Positions 40,323 to 54,177 of a DNA stretch of 64,000 nucleotides are shown in pieces. How positions within the stretch are numbered: position 1 is the stretch's first letter; the number at the start of each line of letters is the position of its first letter. The notes under the pieces were generated by a model. It worked only from the letters and a program-made list of their open reading frames with translations. It had not been told where the DNA came from and did no database searches. This DNA is from Peribolospora baueri (Eukaryota): NCBI GenBank assembly GCA_029717555.1, contig JAMDHS010000010.1, forward strand, positions 186,001-250,000, read 5' to 3'. The position numbers were made by a program, and so were the translations under genes.

Positions 40323-41694
40323 GGCGCCGTCACTTGATCAAATGGAGGGTATAAGAGGAAGATAGGTTTGGAGAGAAGAGCGTCAGCAAAGTCGAAGGTG
40401 GAGGTGGGGACCGGGGTTATGGACGTTTAAGAGCGAGTGACGACGAGAGATAATGAATGGCGATGCACATGATCTGGTACCGTTCAGCGCCATGTCAGGG
40501 AAATCAATAGCACGCAAGTCTTGGTGAAGCGGATTTACGACTGCATGCACTCTAGGGACATTGCAGCAAATGTTGGACAGGAAAATCTAAAGCACCGGCA
40601 CCCTCCGACGTGCTATGAAGTATCGTCCAAAACAGCTGCGGGGTGATGAGCAAGAGGGAAGAGGGGAAAGGCAGGAGGACGGAACGAAGTCAGCCGTGCG
40701 ATATGGGCCGACGGAATGAGCCGAACCGAACTCTCAGTACCCCTGCACGTTGGTTCACAGCCGAACAAAAAAGCACGAAGCCTCCTCCATCTCCATCGTT
40801 CAGACAAAACAAACAGAGAGGACGAAGCTTTGGCCTTGTCGCTCTGGCTCCGCCCAGGCGTCATCCTACGCAGCCACCGGTCGCCCCGCTCTCATGAGAG
40901 AAGGAAGACCGATGCGCCGAGCAGACATGAACTCCCTGTTTGTGCGGGCTTCATCATCGAGTCGATTCGGAAGTCGAAGAGAACGTCCGGCGCCCTAGAG
41001 CAACAAAGCACCCACCGATTTCCGCTACAATTCTTGCGAGATGGACGTCTCTACGATGGAAATGCCGATTGACATGCGTGGAATGGCAGCGAAGGAGAGT
41101 TCCCGCTGCGGTAATCGTAGGTCACCTCTTTTTTTTTTTCCCTACCTCGTCTTTCTCGTCGTCATCTCTTCGTCTGCCACGGACTCCACCACGTCCTTTG
41201 ACCGCGGAGCAGAAGGCTCACCCGCTGAGAAGGGATGCGCATCCTATCCTCACTCACTTCTTGCCGCAGATAAGCGCTGCGGAAAAAAAAGATGCCCACT
41301 TTTGTTCGACGTCGTCCCTCTTCCCCGTCATCGGTCGCCCCGAGTCGTCTTTCTCAAACGACTGTTGCTGTTGTGGCAGAGCCGGGAGGGGGGTGTTGGT
41401 CTCTCTCCCCTCGGTAGACGTTTGTTTGTCGTCGCGATCTGTTCGTCTGCTCCATCGTCCATAGTTTTAGTTCCTTCGTCCTGCCGAGCCTGACCTTGCC
41501 GCCTTCCAAGACATGACCGAATCCATTAGACCACAATTGACACAAGACCCATTTCACAAGCAACCCGCGGAACCCGAGGTCATGTCCATGCGGAAGCCCC
41601 AAGAGCGCAACCGAATCAATCCTAAGCACCGCCGAGCGACGCGAGCGGCTCGCAGAACGAACAAAACCTTGTTTCATCCGTTCTCCGAACGACG

Positions 41695-44509
41695 TCAAAT
41701 CCCCGTGTGAGCATCCTTCCCCGACGCGGACCTGGACCCGCCGACAATCTCGGCGGCGTGGACGGCGTTCAGGACCTTGCCTCTTACCGTCCTTTCCAGC
41801 CCGCAGTCGCGTATCACGTTCCTGCATTGCGCAAGCCAGTCGCCCTCCCTGAGACCCCGAAGGGCCAAAACGGACGGGTGTCCGTGCGGGCCCGCCTTCA
41901 ACACCCAGCCGCGATCGGGGCGGTCGAGGGATTGCGGGTCATCGCTGTGGTCGTGGCGAGCGTACGGTCCACGATTGTCATCGTCAAAGTAGGACAGCGG
42001 AGAGGAGCGTGGCGTGTTGGGAAACTTGGCGTCAATGATCGCCGCCGCCGTCTCTATCGTCTCTGCGCCCTCCACGACCTCCCAGTGCGTGAAGGTGTAG
42101 TACACAGCCGCCGTGTCCCATTGTGCGCCGTAGAGGACCTCTAGGACGTAGCGAGCCGTGAGCGAGATGACGATGACACCGACGGGGATGAGAACGAGCC
42201 ACGGCTTCGCACACACAAGGGACAGAATGACAATAAGGAATGAGTGATTTCCGGGATATGGAATTAAAACGGAATTGTGCGTCAACGGGGAGATAGCAGT
42301 ACCGCTGACCACTCACAATACCCCCCGCGATGGCGCCCACCACGCCCGGGGCAAAGACGGCGACGACGCAAAACTGCCCCGGCGGCGGCGGCGAGGACGG
42401 AAGAAGGGCAGAGCACGTCATATCAGATCCAAGTTCCATACCTCGAACGCTTGTCTAATCGCAACAAGCGAGTGGAATCCAACGGCCCACCCACTCACCC
42501 ACAACGGATGACTTGGCCTTAGGTTCATCATCTTGGAGAATCTGGTCGAAGGCAGTACGCGGATGCGGTCCCCATGGGTGACGAAACGAATGTCCAGGTT
42601 ACCGGCGTAGTTGGTTTCACGAATGATGGAGGTGACCTCTATTCTCGGCGTGGCCAGGCGTGAAAAAGGAATGGAGTAAGACGATCGTCAGACAGGATAG
42701 GGCACTCACGGTACGTCAGCGATTATTTAGGCCGCCCATTCGAAAAAGTCCAACCGGATCCTCAACCGATCGAGGGGCCCAACGGAAAGCGTAGACGCAC
42801 CGTTTTTGACAAGCTCGAAATCCCACCCTCCCACAATTTTCTCAAACTCAAACCTCTTCAGCGGCTTGGTCGAGGCGCAATAGTCGTCCGCGACTTCCCT
42901 AATCGTCCTTCCAAAGGGGAGCATGATGCGCTGGTGAAGGGTAGGAGAGGAGGTGCCAGGAATGACAGAAAGGTAGGAGGTTTGGCGGTGAGAAAGGCGG
43001 CCGTCGGCACTGTCGCGGCCGCGGCTTTGACCTTGATGTTGTGCCTGGGAGTGACTGGGAGGAGGATCATCACGGTGGGCGGCGAGGAGGCCAACAGTGT
43101 CGCTGTCGAGAGCGGCGGCGTCGGCATCGTCGTCGTCGGTATAACAGGTAGGACGCCCGTACCCAAGCTCGGTGTCCGCATCGCCCGCCGCATCTCTAGC
43201 CACGTCCTGCTGCGTCTTTTGTATCTGGAACGCCTTCACGGCCCGCTGGGCGGGCAAATTGTGCCACTCCCAAGGAGGTATGCCTTTCTTCCTGTCCCGA
43301 TCCATGTCTAGCTTGACTTTTGTCTTGTCACCCTTTTTCAGCTTCACCTCCCTTCCTGCCAGGTCGCGGCTCTTGTCTGCTCCCGCCCACAGGGCTGAGG
43401 AACGACCGCCGCGATGGGCGAGGGTGTCGTCGCGGTGTACGAAGAAGGTGGGCACCGTACCGAAGTGACAATACGTATCTCCCTCCGCGTCCACGTGCAT
43501 GTTCAAAGGGATGGAGAAGTCAAAGTCTAGCACGGGAACGATCTCAATGTGCTGTTTTGACACCATTCTCCCGTTCTCTCGTATGGTCTCGGTGCGAGTC
43601 TGGGTCTGTAGAAAAAAAAGAGAGAGAGAAAAGGAGAGATAGGCGGCATAGAGAGAAATGCCGGAGGTGGACCCGTGGTTTCGGCGTCAGACCTTTCCCC
43701 TTCACATCGTTACCTGGCGACTCGGGTATGAAAGGAGCAGCTGAGAATGCTCACTTCTGGATGGGAGCCGATGACGCGAAGGCGCATGCCAGGCGCGCGC
43801 TGGCCGTGTTCGAGCAGGAAGCGATAGAGAGCCTCACCTACGTTGGAGAGCCCACAGCGTGCGATGGCTAGCCATCAGCCAGCTGACCCTCACTGTGACC
43901 CCGGGTCGGACGCTCACCGTCATTGTTCAAATGCTCATCATGGCTGACGATGACACCGCCGTCATGCTCGTGTCCAGGACCCCACGCGACGGCACTTGTG
44001 CCCGCACCAATGCGTCCCGAGACGAAGGGGTTCCCGCGAGTAAAAGAGGGAGGGTCGGTAACTGCGACGTTGGAATTGGAGAGGCTGACGTCCCGGTGGA
44101 TGAAGGGCGTCACGTAGAAGGAGGCTTGGTACGGCACGAAGGAGGGAGGTGGGATGGTGGGCAGGACTTCTTCTTCTTCTTCTCCTATGGTCGGGCCGCT
44201 TGCTGCTGAGAAGTGTTCGGCGGCGGACTCCGGCTCGCCGCCGTCGTCGTCGTCGTCCTCTGCGAAGGCGCTCTTGAATGAAGATTTTTTGTGTGCCGCA
44301 GACGCGCGGGCTTGTCCAAGAGCGGCCGAGGAAGAGGACGGGTCGGATGAAGAAGACGGGACAGGAAGGACGACGCTGGTGTAAGCGGGCAGTTCCATGC
44401 TCGCATCGTCTTCGTCCAGCCCGACGTTGACGCCGAGCGCTTGTGAGTCGTCGGACGAGGCAGGGTCGGCAGACGGCAGCGTCTCTGGCCCGTCGAGCTT
44501 GATGGGCAT
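41695..44509 (-). CDS. Conserved hypothetical fungal membrane protein
   Basis: Spliceable ORFs: LPAY/PPSF motifs, IVSHDEHLNND|.LYRFL, DFDFSIPL, ADDYCASTKPLKRFEFEKIVGGWDF, hydrophobic WLVLIPVGVIVI and GLREGDWL. The 3' end is uncertain. Confidence 0.65.
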
Positions 44510-45167
44510 AATGGGCGGAGGGGGGCGGCGATGTGAAGGGGAGGGAAAGAGAAAGGATGAAAAGAGTTGCGAGGCGTTGCAAGGACGAAGGAGAATTTAA
44601 GGCAAGGCGCTGCCGTCGTCGCTGGTGACGCTCGCCGGGGGTGTCGATCACCGTTCCTGCATCGTCTGCCAAGCCAAACCTGGATAAGCCGGCCGGCAGT
44701 GGACGGTGATCAATCAAGCCTTGCCAAGGCGCCAAGTCTGGGTGGGGCAAGGGAGCGCTTGTTTGCCGCATCGAGCCGGTCTTCGTTTCTTACAACTGGA
44801 TCGCATTTTCATCATCGCGGCGACGAGATGTCAGTGATGGGCGAGCTTGCCTACTCGTCGACCAGCACACAGCAGTTTGATGGGATAGGAACGTTCGCTG
44901 ATGCGCAGAGAATCGCGCTAGACGCCAGCGTTGTCTCGACGTTAATGAGCGTAAGCATAGTCTGAGTTTTCGATGAGACTGGCCTGCAGGCTGCAACGAA
45001 TGCATTGCCGGTTGCGGAGGCCATGTGAAAGTAGGTAAACGAGCCACTAAATTCCAAGACAGATAGGAAAAGGGTACTGGAGAGGCACTGCAGGAAATGG
45101 GATACGATGTACGGTCGGACGACGATGGGAAGGAGGAAGAGTTCTTCGATATGACATACAGGCCCCT

Positions 45168-48100
45168 TTAGTCTTCTTCATAATTTTGCAGGATCTTTTC
45201 GGGTGTAGCCAGGAGAGAAAAGGGGCACTATGCGTTAGTAAAAATTAAACATACGAACGACATCCCAAGAATCAGGCTCACCTCTGCATCTTCATCCATG
45301 GACAGATGCCGATAGCCCCCGTACGAGCCACGGTTGGTCTTCGGCCAGAAGGGTAGTCGCTCGAGCCATTCCGAGACATGGCCCCATACCGCACCTGCGA
45401 CCCCGACAACAAACCACGGCACAGACGCGAGCGTCGACATGAAGCTGTCGTCGCCATATGAGGAGGGATCGGGCAAGCGTATTTGTCTAAACGCAACGAG
45501 GGGCCGGGAAATAGCAGATGGGTTTGTGAGTGTTCATGTTGACAACCCATAGCTTTATCTGAACTCACCCATACCCCCCGCTTCGCTTGCGAAGCCACCA
45601 ATACCCGACGAGACCACCGAGAATGAAAGGCGTGAGGATGATCGTCGCCCAAAAGAAGAATCCATGGCGCTTGATGCTGCTGGGGCAGAGATGCCGCGTA
45701 CCCCTGTGCAACTCGAGACCGGCCTCGCAAGAGGACATGGGGATCTTTCGGTACGCAGTGCGATCGTAGTAGTAGTCAACGCCCCAGCCGCATTGGCCTT
45801 CAACGTCCGTGGCAAGCGGTTGAGCGACGGGAATGAGTTCGCAGTCTCCGTTCTTGTTGCGGAAGTGGTTTACCTCGCTGGAGACAAGAAAGAGGAGAAA
45901 CGTCAGAGTCAGGCTGGCATCGTAGGATCAAAAGGATAATACCCACCATTCGAAATCATCGTGGGTGCAGGCACAGTTTTTCTCGATCTTCAGCGGCTGA
46001 GGAATTTTCTCTCCCACGTAGCAGTTGGCGTCGCGGATGCGACGGTGGTAATGAGTCTGCCAAGAGAAAGCGAAAATGAACCGTCCATTGTCAGCGACTA
46101 ACTCAAAGCAGCCGGTCTTAAAGGCATCCAGGTACTCACCTGACGACCGAAGAGACAGCGCTCTTCGCGCTCTTCGCTCGGGCTCCAGAGCTCAAAGTCG
46201 TCGTTGTCGGGATGAGCCAGATCAAGGTTGCACTTGCGGTCGGTGATCTTGGAGAAGTCGAGGTAAATGGCAACGGTATTGGCAGTGCTCCTCGGAGCCT
46301 TTCCAAATAAGATGAACTTGCGGCTCGTGTCTTCAGGGACGGTGGCGATGGAACTGACGCGGATCGGCTCGCCGATAGAGTACTCCTTCCAGGTAAGGCC
46401 CTCATCGGTGGAGTAGATCACTCGATCCGTCGGACCTTCATCGTTGACGAGCACGAGAATGGAGCCTTGGTCGCCAAACTCCCAGAGGTGGGCGTCTTTG
46501 TGGATCTCCTCCCACGTGAAACCTCCATCACGGGTAAGGAACGTGTCGCTAGAAGTGTACGGCGCAAGGTGCTCTCCCACGTTGCCGACCGCAACCATCA
46601 ATCCTACTGCCGTTGGGCTGCTGTATGTCGTCCGCGGGTCATTGCGTTCTGTGTAGCCGTGAAGATGAAGGGCACACCGGGTGCTGTGGCAATCGTAACG
46701 GTTACCGTACACGTCGACCGACGGCAGAACGAGCGGCTTCCACTTCCCGCCGTCATTGTGAGTGATACGAGTTTGCAGTTGCTTGTTTCCTGTCACACTA
46801 GCGTCATCCGCATTGCCCACGATGTTCACCACCGCGATGCCGTCCAGGCCTTGCATCTTCTCGAAGTCGACATAGCCCTTGGTGTTGCGATTGGCGTGTT
46901 CAAGCGACATAGTGTAATGGGTGCCGTTGCTGTCCGACTTGAATAGGGTGCCCCACTCACTTCCTTCCGTTGAGTGCGTTGTGACGTGCAAGAAGATGGA
47001 ATCGGTCACCGAGTCTAGCACCGTGTAGGCCTTGTCCTCCAGTCGCATATTGGGAGGGAACTGAGTTTCGGCGAAGTTCTTTCCGTCCTTCGAGACGTAC
47101 ATCTTGAGCGTGAGTGTGAGACTGTTTAGTTCGGCGACAACCATGTACTCCTCGAACGTGGCAAAGCCGCGGATGCTCTCAAAGAGCGTGGTCTTGCTCT
47201 TGTAAAAGTTTGTGCCCGCGATGAGCTGGAGTTGATGCTCTAGCCCGAACACAGCCTGGTTCCCACTCTTTTCGGCGTACGACTCGCAGAAGATGATGCG
47301 CTCGTCGATCTTGAACATCTTGTCTCGACCCCAGGAGCAGGTTCGAACATACTCGTCGACGGGCTCCCACGTGCGGCCGTTCCTTGTGCTGTAAAACGCC
47401 TTGGTGTGGCAGTTATTCGAGATGCTCGATGAACAGCCCTCGCTACCCGTCCAAATAATCCAATCCGGCCGCTCCGGATGATAGTCGAGGATCGGGAGAC
47501 CAAGCCCGTTGGCTTCCGCTGGCGCTGTGAAGTGATCCCAGTTGATGCCTTGGTTGGTGGTGTACCACACCTTTCTGCCGCTAGTGATCAGGTGTGCGCG
47601 GTCGTTCGAGTACGGATGCATCATGAACGTGAGGAAACGCTCCTTCTCATGGACCATCTTCCACGAGAAACCCTCGTTATGAGAGATCCAGATAGAGCCG
47701 TCCGTAACCTGTACAATGACGGTCTTGGAACCGCCGAAGTACGAATAGTCCACAACCGCACCAGGAAACTCGTGCTGTTGCAAAGGGAAGCGAAAGCGAC
47801 CACCTGGACTGAGAACAGACTCGCTTGAGGTTGACGCACGTAGCATTGAACTCACAACCTGGTGGGACACCTGTCCCGGCGCCGCCTGTCCTTCCTTGCA
47901 ATCTTTCTCCTTCTTCTCATCGAGTTTGACCCCAGTCACGGCGTCGCAGGTGTTGCCCGGAATCTTGCGATATCCAGAGGAACCCATGTACTTGTCGGTC
48001 TCACGTTGACAAGCGCCAATGGGGATACGCTCAGGGCCGGCAGGTATGCATTTGCCATCCTCCTGGAGGGCAAAATTGTAGTCGCTGGTGGGACAGATTG

Positions 48101-50740
48101 GTCAAGCGATGAAAAATGAAAGGAGTCAGAGCGGGAAAAGGAACCTTCGGTTATGAACTAGGAGCTCACCATTCGTAGTCCTCATTTGTGCAAGGGCAAT
48201 TCTCTTCGTTGTGCTGAACTGGCTCCTTGAATTTGTCGCCGACAAAGCAACCCGCATCCGGCTTCCTGCGCAAGTAATATTGCTACGGGATCGAGACGGC
48301 GCGTCGTGTTCAGCATGAAATGCACACTCAGCAATGACATGAGAGTCAAGCGTTGCTCACCTTGTGACCCATCAAGCACTTAGCGCCTACGCCAGCAGAC
48401 CTCGCATACCATTTTTCCAAGTCGCCATCTCCGCACTCCCGCTTGCCCGCCGTGGCGAAGTCGATGAAAACAGCGACGTAGCGCCCTCCTTCGGGACGGT
48501 CTTTACGGGATTGAGTTCCGACGACAAGGAACTTTTGGGAAGTCGAATCCGGGACGGTGGTGAGCAATTGGACTCGCAGCTTGACGCCTAAGTCGACCTT
48601 TGACCTATAGAGAGAGCAGCAGCGCAAGCAGAGATGAAGTCAAAATGCCTTGTAGCTCCGTAACTCCGAACAAGTAGGTAATGGACTTACCATGTCTTCC
48701 CCATATCCCACGAGTACTTGAGGTCGTCCGTTCTCTCTTCATCGTTGACCATGACGAGCAGAGCACCCTTGTCTCCAAACTCGTACTTATGCGCGTCGTG
48801 AGAGACTTGTTGCCAAGTAACGCCGGCGTCAATGGACAGGAAAGTGTCGCATTCCTCGTAGGGCCGGAGATGCTCTCCGACGGACCCGACACCCATCACA
48901 AAACCTGGCGCGGGCGATGAAAAGACTCGGCCGAAGTTGTGGGGGGTGGTGGTCACGGAGTGCAGATGCAATGAGCACTTTTCTACGTCGTTTACGTCAC
49001 ATTTGAACTTGTGACCTCGGATGTCGCGCTCAGGGGCGTGTAGCGGTTGCCATCGACTGCCTGTAGACGACCAAAAGGACCATGGTGAGAAAACTCGAGG
49101 CAGCTACTCAAGTTCCATGGCAAAGCAAACTCGCCATCATCGTATGTGATCATCGTCCTCCGTCGGCGATCCTTTCCTCGCCCCTCCTGCGGGTTACGGA
49201 CGATGTTCGCAAGACCTACTCCTTCGATGCCGACGAGATGCTCGAAGTCGACGATACCATGCGAGTTTCGGCTCGTGCCTTCCAAGCTTTTAACAAAGTT
49301 GGTCCCTTCACTGTCGCTCGTGAACAAGGTTCCCACAGAGCTGGTCGGGTCGGTGAGCACGTCGACCATCAAGCTGTTTGTGGTGGACTCGACGATCGTG
49401 TAGGCGTTCTCACGGAGACCGTGTCCATGCGGGAAGTTCGCCTTAACCCACGTCACGCCGTCTTGAGTGACGTACGCTGACATCTCGTCGCCACCCAAAG
49501 CGCGAGAAGCGGTGTGACGATCTTTGAGAGCAGTAACAATATACTTCTTCACGCTTCCAATACCGTAGAATCCGCGAGCGTCCCGACCAAGGCCCAGGTC
49601 GACAAGCTTCTTCTCATCGGTAAAGAAATCCTCAGAAGCAAAGAGGCGGCTATCACGAGTGCCTGCCCTTTTGGACATGAGACGCCAGCCTTCTGTGGAG
49701 TCCTTCGCTTCGAACTCCCGTTCGTCGATGAGTGTGAAGGGAACGTCGGAGATGTCACGCTTGGACACGCCGGGAATGTCCTCGAAGGCGATGCAGAAGA
49801 TAAGCTTTTCGTGGGCGCTGCTGAAGTCCTTCGTAGACTTTGACCATATGCAAGTGGAAGTGTGCGTCATTAGCGGGTGCGGATCGGAAGCGAAGGCATC
49901 CAGAGTGTAAAATGTCTTTTCGTTGGCCGACCAAAAAAAGGCTCAAAAAAGTTAGTACCCAACTGGAAAGCCGCAGAAGGAAGGTGGGTTGTGGCCGACG
50001 GCTTACCTCATCGTGACATAGCTTCGAGCCCCAAGGGCCCCAGTCTTGGCAAGACATTCCCGTGAAAATGATCCAATCCCACCTATCGGCGTGGAACGAC
50101 AAAGGTACAGCGTTCCGGGCATAAGGAAGCGGAGTGGTGAACTCCTGCCAAGTCTGGCCTCGGTCGATCGTCCGCCAGTGTTTCTTGTCCGGACCAAAAA
50201 TGAAGGCCTACGAGAAACAACCGCAGCAGTCCTTGAGTACCACACTTGTGTCCTCCAGTGCAAGTACTGCAGCCTGTCCGCCTCACTTACCGTTTTCGCA
50301 TCGAAGCTGTGCTCTAACAGATATCTGGCCTCGCCTCCAGGCACACCTTCCACCAGCGACCATGACTTGCCTTCATCTGCTGAACGCCAGACGTCGCTAT
50401 TGTGGGCATCATGCCAAAGGATCGCCTGTGTATACAATGCGCAATTGACGCAAAGTAGCGAATGAAATAGAGTGCAACGGAGTATCTTCGCCGTCAGGGC
50501 GAGAAGAGATATATGTAGGCATGCAAGACAGATCCGAATATAAGTAGCACTCACCGTGGAGTCCTCAAAGTAGTGCAACTTTGCTGGCAGACTCGAAAAA
50601 TGCGTCCTATGCACTTCCAGTGAAGCTGCACGAGCCGAGCACAGAACGAGCACACAGGCGGCCAGCGCCAGGGAAACTGTTCGAGCAAGGCTTGCGCCCG
50701 ATCGCCGTCCGGAGAAGAGTCTTCGCATAGGCACGGACAT
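45168..50740 (-). CDS. VPS10: Vacuolar sorting receptor Vps10 (sortilin family, two Vps10 domains)
   Basis: Signal peptide and BNR/Asp boxes ([39 protein letters not shown]). Also [10 protein letters not shown], a TM segment and a tail [21 protein letters not shown]. Confidence 0.96.
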
Positions 50741-51331
50741 GGCCGCCGCCGCCGCCGTTTGGTACCAACAAAAACCTTTGTCCCTTCCGCAAGCACAAGC
50801 AGTTGAGGAGAGCCGAGGAGAAGTAGGGAGTATCGCTTGTCGTTCAGTATGATGCGGAAGAGATGTACGATGGAGTCGAACGACACGTCGATCGGTCGCA
50901 TCCGCGGGCGTTGGCCAAGGTCCACGGCCACAGCTGCGGCAGCACTCTGCTGCGGCCAGATTGCCCGTGCGACCGACTGCGGCAGCCGCCTTCCTTCACC
51001 TCTCAGAGACGCGCTATCGTCGGCTCATGTGGTCGTCTTCCCTTCTCGAAACGTATCAGGCGGCACAACAGACCATCTCTGGTTCCACCATCGTCCTTCT
51101 CTGCAGCCCTGGCCCGTACGTCTCTCCGTCCGCCTCGGCGCGAACAGGCTATACCGCTCCCAGGACGAAGTCAGGGGCTGACGGGGCTGGCGGCCGGTCG
51201 CGCTGGGGTGAACGGATCATTTCCGGTGGCCGTCATTGTCACCGTCGCATCCATCCACATTCGTGCCTTCTCTCTCTGGGAACCGTCAGCGGATGCTGAG
51301 GACGGCGTTGGCGCTGTGAGACGAGCCCGCC

Positions 51332-52397
51332 ATGTTCTTCTACGTTAGTACCGCACGTTCTGATCGGGCGAGCTAGCGAGAGAATATTCGGTCGACCGTC
51401 GTTCTCACCCTTCCCCTTTGTCTTGACTTCGCGATGCTTGCACAACTCGGTTGGTCCTACCTCGCGTGATTGCTGCCATCCATCCAATCATCCACCTGTC
51501 TGGCCATTTGGACCCGCCTCTTCACCTTTTGATGCCTTCTCTTGTCGCTAATGCGTACCACAGAAAGAACTCGAGCACACCATCCTGCTCCATCCGTCCT
51601 TCTTCGGACCGCAGATGCAAGAGTACCTGCGCAGGAAACTGTACGACGACGTGCAGGGGACGTGTAGCGGTCGGTACGGATACATCATCTGCGTCGTCGA
51701 TGTACTCGACATCGGCAAGGGCTACGTCACCCCAGGCTCAGGTCTCGCAGAGTTCAACATCAAGTACCGCGCCATTGTTTTCAAACCATTTAAGGGAGAG
51801 GTGGTGGATGCGACGGTGACGCTGGTGAACAAGATGGGCTTCTTCGCGGAGGTCGGACCGCTCCAAATTTTCGTTTCTGGACATGTAAGTGGTCGACATC
51901 AGGAGTGATTCCTGCCCTTCGTGATGGAAAGGGATCGATCCGCCATTGATTACTTTCTCGTATGTCCTTGTTCCTTCAGCTCATTCCTCCCGAGATGCGG
52001 TTCGATCCAAACTCGAACCCGCCGTGTTGGGTTTCACACGAAGCAGTACGTGACTCTTGATATCGTCAAATCCAATCAAAGCGACACAGGCTCATGGAAA
52101 TGTCCTTTGGCGACCGATAGAGCCTTCGAAAAGATGACCGGGTGCGATTGAAGATTGTAGGCACGAGATTGGAGTCGACGGAGATTGTGAGCATTCATTC
52201 CATGCTCCGTCGCCGTCACCGCTTTGAAATTCTGCTGACAGCAACTTCTCATTCGCCCGACTGGCGTCACTTGCAGTTCGCAATCGGGACAGTGTGTATT
52301 CTGACTGGTCCTCTCACCCTCATGTTGCCGCTGACTCTTTACTTTTTAACTACCCTCATCGCTACAGCTCAAGGAGGACTACCTTGGTGTGCTATGA
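51332..52397 (+). CDS. RPB7: RNA polymerase II subunit Rpb7
   Basis: [70 protein letters not shown] and FAIGT|LKEDYLG. Confidence 0.96.
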
Positions 52398-52601
52398 GAC
52401 CATTCCTCGGGTACTTGTGTTCTCTCGTCCGCCTCACCTGAGAGAAGTGCAGGGCTTAAGACTATCCAAGAGACCTTGCATACTAGGGATCACGGACAAA
52501 CATGATCATGTACATGTGTATGCTTTTCTCGAATCGTAAACGCCGCATGCGTCCTCGAATTAGAATCCCATCAGGCATTTTGGAGCTTATTGCCCACGGT
52601 A

Positions 52602-52688
52602 ACGCGATGCCGGGCGCGGGACCGTGGGAAGAAAGTGCCGCAGCAGCGTGTCATTTACACGATCGCGTCTCGATGATACGCGTCGCGC
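52602..52688. promoter_or_regulatory. MCB (MluI cell-cycle box) cluster upstream of PCNA
   Basis: ACGCGT at 52678-52683 plus ACGCGA, TCGCGT and further CGCG cores 120-200 bp before the PCNA ATG. Confidence 0.55.
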
Positions 52689-52804
52689 TCGATAAGGACG
52701 TTGCTCTTCTTCCTCCCGCCTCGTCCTCTGCCCCCTTTCTAATCACCGTCCTTCCATTCATAGAACCCTCCCACTCGTTTCTATTTTTTGACTGCCTTAT
52801 CACA

Positions 52805-54177
52805 ATGTTGGAAGCTCGACTTGACTCTGCCGCTCTGCTTAAGCGTCTTTTGGACTCCATCAAGGAGCTCGTCGAGGCAGGCAACCTTGATTGCAACGAT
52901 GAAGCTATCGTGAGTGTCCGAGCTCTTTTCCCTCGTCTCTGCCTTCCAGCAACCCCCTAGCTTTGTCCGAGTATGTACCAGAGGCTCCCTGATTGTGGCG
53001 TCTGACTTTATGATCTTTCCAATTTGCGCCTGGCGAACGCCCCGCAGAAACTGCAAGCGATGGACAACGCGCACGTCTCCCTGGTCTCCTTTGAGCTCAA
53101 GGCGGACGGTTTCGAGCCGTACCGGTGTGACCGTCAGTTGCAACTTGGCATCAGCATGGCGTCGTTGACCAAGGTCCTCCGGTGCGCCAACAACGATGAC
53201 ATCGTCACTCTTAAGGCAGACGACGGCGCCGACATGCTCAACCTAACCTTCGAGAGCCCGAGTGAGTAGCGCTGGTGGTATCCGCCTGAGTCGGGCTTGT
53301 CGGTGCTAGTCTTCCGTTTGAGCGTTGAGAGAGGACGCTGCCGCCACTAACACGGGCTCTGCTCCGCCTTGACCCTCATTTGCGCTTGTTCAGAGACGGA
53401 CCGGGTGGGCGAGTACGAGCTGAAGCTGATGGACATCGACCAAGAGCACTTGGGCATCCCGGAGACGGACTACGACGCGGTCGTGCGCATGGCATCGTCT
53501 GAGTTTCGCAGGATTGTGGCGGACCTTGGAAACATGGGAGAGAGCGTGCGGATCGACGTGTCCAAAGAGGGCGTTGCGTTTAGCACCGAGGGCGAGATCG
53601 GCCAGGCTCGGCTGATGCTCAAGCAGGGTTCCGGCTCTGGCGCGACTCTGGACGATGAGGACGATGAGGACGATGAGGATGAGGACGGAAAGAGGAAGAG
53701 GAAAAGGGCCAAGAGGAGCGCGGAGGAAGGCAGCGTGCCTGTCCAGATCGAACTCAATCAGGCGATCAACCTCACTTTCTCCCTCAAGTACCTCAACAAC
53801 TTCGCCAAGGCCGCGCCGCTGAGCCAGAGCGTGTCCTTGCACATGGGCAGCCAGGTGCCGCTGCTGGTAAGTAGTATAGCCTCGCGTTGACGTAGTCCGA
53901 CCCCTTGAAACGACCAGAAGGGTGTTCATTTTACGCGTCGATTTGCCGCCCGTATCCTCTCCTCACGTGCGCAGGTCGAGTTTGCATTTGAGAACGGTTG
54001 GGTGCGGTATTTCCTCGCGCCGAAGCTGGTGAGCAGACCGTTCTTCTGTTGTTAACGTTCTCAGTAGTCGTTCATATTCACTGACGCTAGGATGCCTGAT
54101 GACGGGCGTCTTCTCTTCCCTCCTCTCGCTTCTGTGTCTCTTTTATATTCCCATCTCAGGCCGACGACGAGGCGTAA
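52805..54177 (+). CDS. PCNA: Proliferating cell nuclear antigen
   Basis: [43 protein letters not shown] (K164 equivalent), LTFSLKYL and FLAPKL|ADDEA*. Confidence 0.97.
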
